From: Azolla caroliniana
Taxonomy: Eukaryota > Plantae > Polypodiophyta
Direction of reading: 5' to 3'
DNA length: 64,000 nucleotides
Assembly: GCA_043228905.1 (NCBI GenBank)
Contig: JBHGNT010000001.1
Span: 4,402,001 to 4,466,000 of the forward strand
In this document: positions 55,962-64,000 of the stretch, in pieces
Numbering within the stretch: position 1 is the first letter of the stretch
Layout: each line of letters opens with the position of its first letter
Position numbers and translations under genes: made by a program
Notes under the pieces: generated by a model
Seen by the model: only the letters and a program-made list of their open reading frames with translations
Databases searched by the model: none
What the model was told of the DNA's origin: nothing

Positions 55962-56372
55962 TGATTTATCCCTACCTTTCTGGCTGCAAATGCTTTTATA
56001 CCCTTAATTCTTTGTGATCTAGAGATGTATACTGTAATGTCCAGGCATTATGATTACATGGTGATTTATCCCTACCTTTCTAGCTGTCTGCAAATGCTTT
56101 TATACCCTTAATTCTTTGTGATCTAGAGATGTATACTGTAATGTCCAGGCATTATGATTACATGGTGATTTATCCCTACCTTTCTAGCTGTCTGCAAATG
56201 CTTTTATACCCTTAATTCTTTGTGATCTAGAGATGTATACTGTAATGCCCAGGCATTATGATTACATGGTGATTTATCCCTACCTTTCTAGCTGTCTGCA
56301 AATGCTTTTATACCCTTAATTCTTTGTGATCTAGAGATGTATACTGTAATGCCCAGGCATTATGATTACATG
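55962..56372. repeat. ~105-bp tandem repeat x4, near identical, downstream of the PPR gene
   Basis: tgatttatccctacctttct...gcattatgattacatgg at 55962, 56061, 56166, 56271. Confidence 0.95.
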
Positions 56373-57339
56373 GGCCTGCTGTGCAGCTACAGCCTTCAGA
56401 CAATTGGCATGGTGCAATTGTCTATCTTATAATAGTTATAAAAGTGTTTTTAGCACTGTAAATTTTTTGTAGACAAATTAGTAGGCGATAAGAAAAGGTG
56501 AAAACACATAACACGGACGATTCTTTCAATCCAATTAACATGTTCATCTCAAAATGAAGAATTGAAAGTAGTTCTTGAGATTCCTAAACAAACTCATGCA
56601 CCACATAATACAGGATTCCAGTTGAGTTCAAACAAGGGATGTGATTTTCAATTTGGGTCTTACAATGTTGTCACAAGGAAACATCAACTTCATTTTGGCC
56701 TTGCTTACTCACAAATTCGTCTTGTTGAAAAAACAAGGTCTTAAGAGTCTTTCTTATGCGACTTGTAGGAAAATGATGGCATTATGCTTTCAATGATATC
56801 ATTCTATTTTCCTTTACCTTAGTAATTATGGCATAAATTTTTTTATGCAAGTTTTTCAAAGATGCAGCATTTGCATGATTTATGCCAAATTCAAAACATC
56901 TCTATTACATGCAAGTTGTATAAAACAAAACTTGCATGTGATAATGAAAGAATACTAATTTTAAAATCCCATAACTTCTCTTTAAAACAACTAACAGGAT
57001 CACTTCATTAATCTCTTTCTTTTTGTCCTTTAACCATACATGACCCAACTAATGGAACGCTAATGTAGACAAATAATTTCAGCATTCATAATAATTGTAC
57101 TGCAGGTGAAGTGAAGGCATGCTACGAACCTTTAAATTTCACATATAAAAAGCTGTAACGCAAGCTGCCAGTGTCTCCTCTTACAAAATTCCTCACTCAC
57201 ATGAACACAAATTTGCCATGGATAGAAAAATCAGTCTTCCCAACATCAAACCCTTTTATTACTATTATAGTAAGCTTGTTGTGCTAGTAACTTCCCCGGT
57301 TAGTTTTCTTATTGGCACTCATAGATACTAGGATTTGAT

Positions 57340-59045
57340 TCAGTCTTCAGGTACAATAAGAGTCTGTCCTGCATAGATGTGATCTGCATCTAAGCCATTG
57401 ACAGCCTTCAGCTTTTCCAAAGATACCTGTATTTGCACATGAAGAAGAAAATTATGCAGAATACGTTGAAGAAAAATAAAATGATGCATGAATATTCAGA
57501 GAGGTATATCAAAGCTAATTTAAAAGCGGACATACAGAAATTGGAGAACATTGACTGATGCATATATTCGTGTTAGTGATGAGCAACAATAACATGAAAG
57601 ATTCCTTCCAACGAGGCTTAAACAGTTGCATAAGATTAATATTTGATGGACCAAGAAATGCAGGTTAAAGTGATTCATATGTTTGTTAGTGATAGGCAAC
57701 AATCTCATGGAAGAACCTTCTCCACAAGCACCACTATGATAACATGCATAATGTCACATTGTGAATGCACGTGACATAACTTAGTACATTGATTTGATGT
57801 CAAAAAGTTATGCATAATGAATGAGCTCTATAGCAGTTGATGCCACTCACCCCATATTTTCTCGAGATGGCCCAAAGAGTATCGCCTTTCTTGATTTCAT
57901 AATTCTCTATCTTCTGAAGTTTCTTAGGAGCAATTGGTTCCCTCTCTCTCTCCTCGTCATCTTTCTCTTTCTCTTTCTCTTTCTCTTTCTCTTTCAACGC
58001 AGGTGTGTTCTCCTTTGACTTTGGAGGGTCAAAGAGGGAGAGGAACCATGGCTTTTCCTCAACTTCATGCTTCGGTTCAGGCAATACAGATTTGTCAATC
58101 ACTTCAACTTCTTCCTAACATGAAGGTAAAAGAAGAAATCTAAGATTAGGAGAGTTTTTTCAAACACATTGAATGAGGTCTATTTCTAACGAAGAATATA
58201 AGAGAAGACATGGAGAAAGAACATCTATGAATGCAAAAATCAAAAGGATTTATTATTTAGGGTTTGAATTCAACGTGCACTGAACAAATTGAGTAAATTA
58301 TTAATTGAAAGATGGAGAAGTGCAAGTATGCACTTGACTTATGAATGTAAGTATAACAATGATGTAATGTTTAGCTATATCAAAAGAAACATGCAATAAG
58401 AAAATAGGAAACGTATTGCTAAATGAATATCAATATCACAAAAATTTAGGAATTCGGGCTTCATATTTATGATCTAGTGTTTATGGCTTATTGAAAGAAA
58501 CATATACTAAACAAATGGAGAAAGATTGCTGCATGGATGCAAATATCACGAAGATTTATACTTTAGGGTTCAATGTTTATTGAAAGAAATAATATAGTTG
58601 AAAATATCAAAATTTTAATGCCTTGGGGTTTAGATAAAGAAACAATTCTTTCAATAAATGTTACAAATTTTGTAGTTTTAAGGTTTATGGTTAGGGGTTT
58701 ATAGTTCTGAATTGAGAGGCAAAACCCAAGAAATAGGCATACCTTTGTGTCTGTTTTGAGCTCTTCTACAGCAGGATCAATTTCTACTTCTTTATCGCTG
58801 TCATCATGAGAAAGGACTTTATAATCATCTTTGTCGTCGTCGTCGTCATCATCATCATATTTCTGCTCAGAATCACTAGGCAAATGGAAGTCCTCACGAT
58901 CTCCATAGTACTCTCGAATGAGAGATTCTTCTTCTTTCCTTCCTTTGATGAATCTGAAGATGCCCCAAAACACTCCAGCAGCCACAGCAAGACCTGCAAC
59001 TTTACCTCCTAACTTCTTCTCTTTCCCATCCTTGTCAGAAGACAT
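57340..59045 (-). CDS. Single-LysM domain protein with N-terminal membrane anchor and acidic linker, 3 exons, 217 aa
   Basis: Exons 59045-58743, 58114-57851, 57426-57340 (all phase 0). TM VAGLAVAAGVFWGIF; C-terminal YEIKKGDTLWAISRKYG|VSLEKLKAVNGLDADHIYAGQTLIVPED*. Confidence 0.92.
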
Positions 59046-59190
59046 TGTTGTTAGCTCTCTCTTTATCTCTACACGATGCTCTGTTTTCTGTGATACTCTG
59101 TTCCTGTGTTTTTCTCAGAATGGGGATGCTTCTTCATATGTGGATCTCCGGAAATTTACAAAAATGGAGTCGTTTTGTATTGTGGTGTTG

Positions 59191-59475
59191 TATGTTGCTA
59201 ATGGTGAAGTTAAGACACCATTAATAAGCTCATCCAAACCCAAAAATGGATTCTTTTAGTATTGTCATATGTTGCCAATGATAAGATTAAGGCACCATTA
59301 ATAAGCTCATCCAAACCCAAAAGTGGATTCGTTTACCATTATCGTATGTTGCTAATGTTAAGATAAGACACCATTAATAAGCTCATCCAAACCTAAAAAT
59401 GGAGTCGTTTAGTATTGTCGTATGTTGCCAATGTTAAGATTAAGACACAATTAATAAGCTCATCCAAACCCCCAA
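59191..59475. repeat. ~77-bp tandem repeat x~4 immediately upstream of the LysM gene
   Basis: tatgttgc.aatg...taag.cac.attaataagctcatccaaacc at 59191, 59268, 59345, 59421. Confidence 0.93.
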
Positions 59476-59479
59476 AAGT

Positions 59480-60170
59480 GTGTGCATGCATGTTTCAGAA
59501 CTCAAAACTTGATATAGTTGTTGATATCAACCTTCGAGAATGGGGGTCTTTGAAACACCCTTGATGTGGTGCCCAGTGGGAGATGGTGGGTCACTTGTGA
59601 GACACTCATTATAAAACTTCTTTTGTGAAAAAGCTTTCACCTTTCACCTTGTTGGAATGACACGTAGACACCCCGAACTTCACATGTTTCTCTATTGAGT
59701 TTAAACGGAGACATATTTTGATGTGAAATTCATTCCAGAGGCATATTAGAAAAATGGAGACATATTTTAATGAGTTTATGGTGCCACACAAAGTGCATCT
59801 CCCATTCTTGTACATTCAAAACTAATATGTTTATATTCATCGGCGAATAAGGTTATGTTGTATAGGAGAAAATCCATGTTCTCATCGGCCACGACATACA
59901 TGGAGCATTCCAAACATATCAAATTATCGATTAACTCCATGGAAACGTTATATGGCAATGAAGGTCAATTGCTCACGAGAAAGATCTCCATTTGGTAGAA
60001 TTCGTACCGTTCATGAACCAAGAGACAAAACATGGACCCTATACACAACAAATTTGCACATGGCAAGCAATGATTCATGGGTCCAAAGGAACAAAGTAAT
60101 CGGGTAGCGACACAAAAGACTCGAGATTTCGTCGGTTGAGCTAGATTTTTGATCCATACATACATTATAC
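59480..60170 (-). mobile_element. Possible decayed PIF/Harbinger transposase fragment
   Basis: KFGVSTCH resembles the Harbinger FGLGISTCH motif; otherwise fragmentary. Confidence 0.3.
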
Positions 60171-60522
60171 ATGGCTCATCATGGTACTCATCTAGGAATG
60201 AATGAGATTGCAGTGTGGTCTGGGGACATGTTATCGAGTTAACGATAGATCAGAGTAATGCGAAAGCGGGATATCTAATTAGGTCAATGAATGGGTTTAG
60301 GAATCATTCCAAACTAAATTTGGGTCATATTCAGGCATTTGTTACATTAAACCCAAAAACGCCCTGTTCTGGGTGGGCATATTATGTATTATGTACAAAT
60401 TACAATACATACATGGAACATGTGATGATCAGAAACCTCGTCGTTAGGAAATTCTTCCATACCTCTACCCTCTGCTTCTCTCCTCGGAAACGACCTGGTA
60501 CAAGGGTACGTTTTCTCGTCCC

Positions 60523-60524
<2 letters not shown>

Positions 60525-60567
<43 letters not shown>
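60525..60567. repeat. (CT)n microsatellite just before the orphan gene ATG
   Basis: Visible run. Confidence 0.9.
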
Positions 60568-60569
<2 letters not shown>

Positions 60570-60575
60570 GGTAAG

Positions 60576-61554
60576 ATGTCGATCATTTGGGGGGGAGATT
60601 TTGATCATATCGATGTGAGCCCATAGAGATGTGTTGAATCTGCGTATGTGCGTGTGAAGAGATACATAGAGAGAGAGAGAGAGAGAGCATTATCCCCCCT
60701 TCTAGAGATGTTGTTTCATGTATATATCTGTGGAGAGAGAGAGAGTGTGTGTTGTGTGTGTGTGGGGGGGGGGGCATGTCAGATTATTCAAGCATATTCG
60801 ATTTTCCTCATCTTGGAGAGATGTTGATGAATCATCAATGTGAATGAGCTTCATTCCTGTGTAGAATCCATTGCCAGATGAGGTGATACAAAAGCGAGTC
60901 GAAGCCATTGTTTACCGATATCGCAAGAAGAAGAAACCTCCTGATGAAATCGACTGGGACTTCCGTAAAGTTGGCAATTATGTGAGAAATTGAAATTTTG
61001 CAGCTATATGTGTTCTTCCATTGTCTTTTTTTTTTTCTGTGATTGCTTATAATGAGTAATCCTATGACTTTCCTTTTGATTTTTGCTTCTTGCAGAGGAT
61101 AAAAGAGCAAAAGATTCAGGAGATGTACAAAGAGTACCTGCGACTCTATCATCCGGTGAAAGAATAAAGCCATATTTGCATTCTTTTTTCACTATAGTTT
61201 TCTTGTATTTTTATGCTGAAATAATCATCTGCTTTGCTAAAAGAAATTATGAAACCAATCATATATCTGTATTTGATCAATATTATTGGTAATGGTGATG
61301 CAAGTACTATTCAGATTGCATAAGTCAGGCGGTTTTACTAAGATTTATGAAGCACGTTTTGTTCTTGTTTTACTATATTATATGATTTTTAAAGCATTTT
61401 CTTGACATTCCTAATGCTCATAATTGCAAAGCTCTGAAAGTATATGCATGAAAAACAGGAGCAGTCAGGTGATGAAGTTAAGAGAGATAAGTGTGAGCAT
61501 AATGAGAAGACAAAAGCCCAGAACAGTGATGATGGAGAGGGTAGTGAGCGCTAG
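60576..61554 (+). CDS. Putative small protein of unknown function, 4 exons, ~105 aa
   Basis: Exons 60576-60614, 60865-60969, 61096-61155, 61441-61554, all phase 0 GT-AG: MSIIWGGDFDHID|NPLPDEVIQKRVEAIVYRYRKKKKPPDEIDWDFRK|RIKEQKIQEMYKEYLRLYHP|YMHEKQEQ...GSER*. CT-rich leader. Some splice sites are weak. Confidence 0.6.
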
Positions 61555-62559
61555 TAAAAACCCTTTTTATATGGTTGAATTCCGTCTCAAGTAGTTATTC
61601 ATTGAATCTTGGATACTTAAGTAGACATGTATGGTTTCTTTTATCACAGAAACAATTTGGATCTGGAAGTTTTCTCCAATATTGAAATCATGTGTCAATC
61701 AATACACAGGATAAAAATACAAAAGTATTTTGTTCTTTACTGCTTTGAAGATGTAGTGTTAAAGATAAACCCCGGTACAGGTATTCTGTCTTGTAATACA
61801 GATGACAACGTTTTGACACTTGCCTCTTATCAGCTCCCAGTTCATGTGTTTTATCTCTTCTGAATGTGTTTTAACTCCCAATTGGTGAATTAGACGCGTT
61901 TTTCTTCCCACGCTTAGTGAAGGCTTTATCATCCTTGTGTAAGTCCAATGTCATCCCAAACTCAAATTTAATGAGTGAAGTTTTCGTTAGAAGTAAATGA
62001 TTATCTACTAATGAAGGAAGTGTGAGAAAACTCAGGGTGAATGGAAGGAACTCCATAGCCATGAGCACAGAGCATTGTATTAGCTGCATAGGAGCTACCA
62101 CAGTGGGAATCTGCTACAGCGAAGAACATTCATATAAGATTCCAATCAGGTATATTCAAACTCAGTATGCAAGCATAATTCTGCTAGTCGACATATTTAT
62201 TTTGTTGGGGTACAGTATGCACCCATGTTTTCAATCCATTCTGCCTACCCAAAGCGTAGAGATTATTACATTGAATCCTTAAAATGACAAAAAAATCATT
62301 TGACAATACCAGTTCGATTATAACTTAACCTTATCTTAACGTGTTCTTGCTTGATTTAGGAACCCAATAAATGACTTTAAATGGTAAGAGTGAAAAGCTA
62401 CTTATGCGCGAGCACATTTCTATTCCAAATAGTTCTTCTATTGTTGCTAGTACTATTTTATGAGAATCACATTCTAAGTCAAAGATATTGGTATCTTCTG
62501 GATCACAATTTATTCTTTTTCTAATGTAAATGGTAGCAGATATTTGATCGACAGCAACC

Positions 62560-63600
62560 TCATGTGTGTAGGCACATTGTGTGCACAATCATGATCAAAC
62601 TCTTTTGGAATATAGGAATGCCATGGCCATTGAGAGTCAATTATTATGGGTGTACCAAAGTTGTTGAGACCTCAAGAATTTAGGGAAGAGAAGAGAATGG
62701 TGTATAAGACAATATGTACCTACAAATCGACCTTGCAACATAACAAGGTTATGCATTATTTCTTCATAATGAATAATGACCCGATAAAAGAGTTCTATAT
62801 TGATGAGCAAATTTCTCAATTGAGAAATAAAGGTATTGGCTTTAGGAATAGATTTTCCCTAGGAAATAAGCTAAATTGCCATGTGGCCATGTGGCCATGT
62901 GGTCGCTTTCCTAACTTGTCATATGTTATGAGCCATCCAAATCGTGAGCATACAATTAGATTTCGTTAGTTATTGCTTATTTAATTTGTAGAGGCCTAAG
63001 GAAGCAAAAATGAATGTGGATATTGAACAATGTTTATTATTCGACTATTTATTGTTCAATGCCTAAAATTAGATGAAAGTTATCTAATTGTTTATTTTCC
63101 TTATCAGAGTGGTTAGTGAGAATACATGAAGACCTATGTGTATATACATCTTTACAAAGAAATGTGAGCATATATTTGATCCTTGTATTTGTTGGTCGGC
63201 AACAATGTCGGTGAAGAACAATTCTTTAAAAGAGCTTCTTTTCTTTAATATGTTTACATTTGGTACATATCTATCTATCACGGATGTTCATGTGATAAGG
63301 AGGGAATAAGATAGGTGGATCAATTTAAGACTTTATCGATGTAGTTGAGGATGGAGCTAAAAGGCATTTAGATTATTTGTTCATACTAACACATATGGAT
63401 GATTGGAAAGAATAAGAACCTTAAATATAGGAGAATGAACATATGCATTGATAGAAACACATGCGTAGATAACGTGATAACATTTCTTAAGTTGTGCACT
63501 ACATGTACTTATTCCATTTAGCAAAATGAATGCAAAAACATGCACAGGTATTAGGATGAACCATTTTGGAGTGAAATCTGTAAATGTGGATGGACATAAA
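62560..63600 (-). mobile_element. Possible decayed hAT-like transposase remnant
   Basis: Weak fragments (IPVHVF/CIHF, RSSFKELFFTD, LSMAMAFLYSKRV*S cf. LSQ..SS..ERNWS) in hAT order. Confidence 0.25.
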
Positions 63601-64000
63601 AATAGAAATCATCTTCCTTGATCTACTACATTTATTCCTAGAAAAAATAAGACAAATCATGAATAGCCATTAAAACATAATTCATCTTACTTAATCTACT
63701 GCATTTATTTTCATAGAAAATAAGACAAATGAGAAGTTAACATTAAAAAAAAGGCATTGTAGATATAATTGTGTCATCAAACTTTCACCAAATAAATGCA
63801 AAAGGTTGATAATCAACCCAAGCATTGCAATTCAACTAAAAATTTCCCTTGATGTTATGACCATGTATTGATCACAATATATGGAAATGCAGATCCCTAA
63901 TTGAATGCCATATCTAGGGATAGACTTCAGGTTTGTTAAGAGTGCATAAGTAATTGTAGCCTTGTAGGTTTTAAATTACCCATTTGGATAAATACTTTTG

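Noticed and set aside
59191-59475. CRISPR-like regular repeats (also 55962-56372)
   Set aside because: Whole units are repeated, with no unique spacers and no cas genes; eukaryotic context

Overview
AT-rich, intron-containing nuclear DNA of a land plant. The style of the PLS-PPR proteins and the LINE suggests a fern or other non-seed vascular plant (inference). I could assemble ten protein-coding genes by hand. Nine are spliced models with GT-AG junctions and consistent phases: type I inositol polyphosphate 5-phosphatase (-), cytochrome b5 (-), a kinase-less S-domain/bulb-lectin-PAN protein with a hidden hydrophobic last exon (-), organellar ribosomal protein bL25 (+), INO80 subunit B (-), plastidic G6PD (+), a PLS/E-class PPR protein (+), a membrane-anchored single-LysM protein (-) and a small orphan 4-exon gene (+) largely missed by the ORF track. 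The tenth is an intronless type I MADS-box gene (-). The most striking element is a 5'-truncated LINE (21899-26509) bounded by a perfect 14-bp target-site duplication. Its ~1.85 kb 3' tail carries decayed, apparently spliced fragments of a MAP kinase and a PPR gene. The window also has many local tandem duplications, including a ~443-bp array filling intron 1 of the phosphatase gene, and faint hAT/Harbinger remnants.
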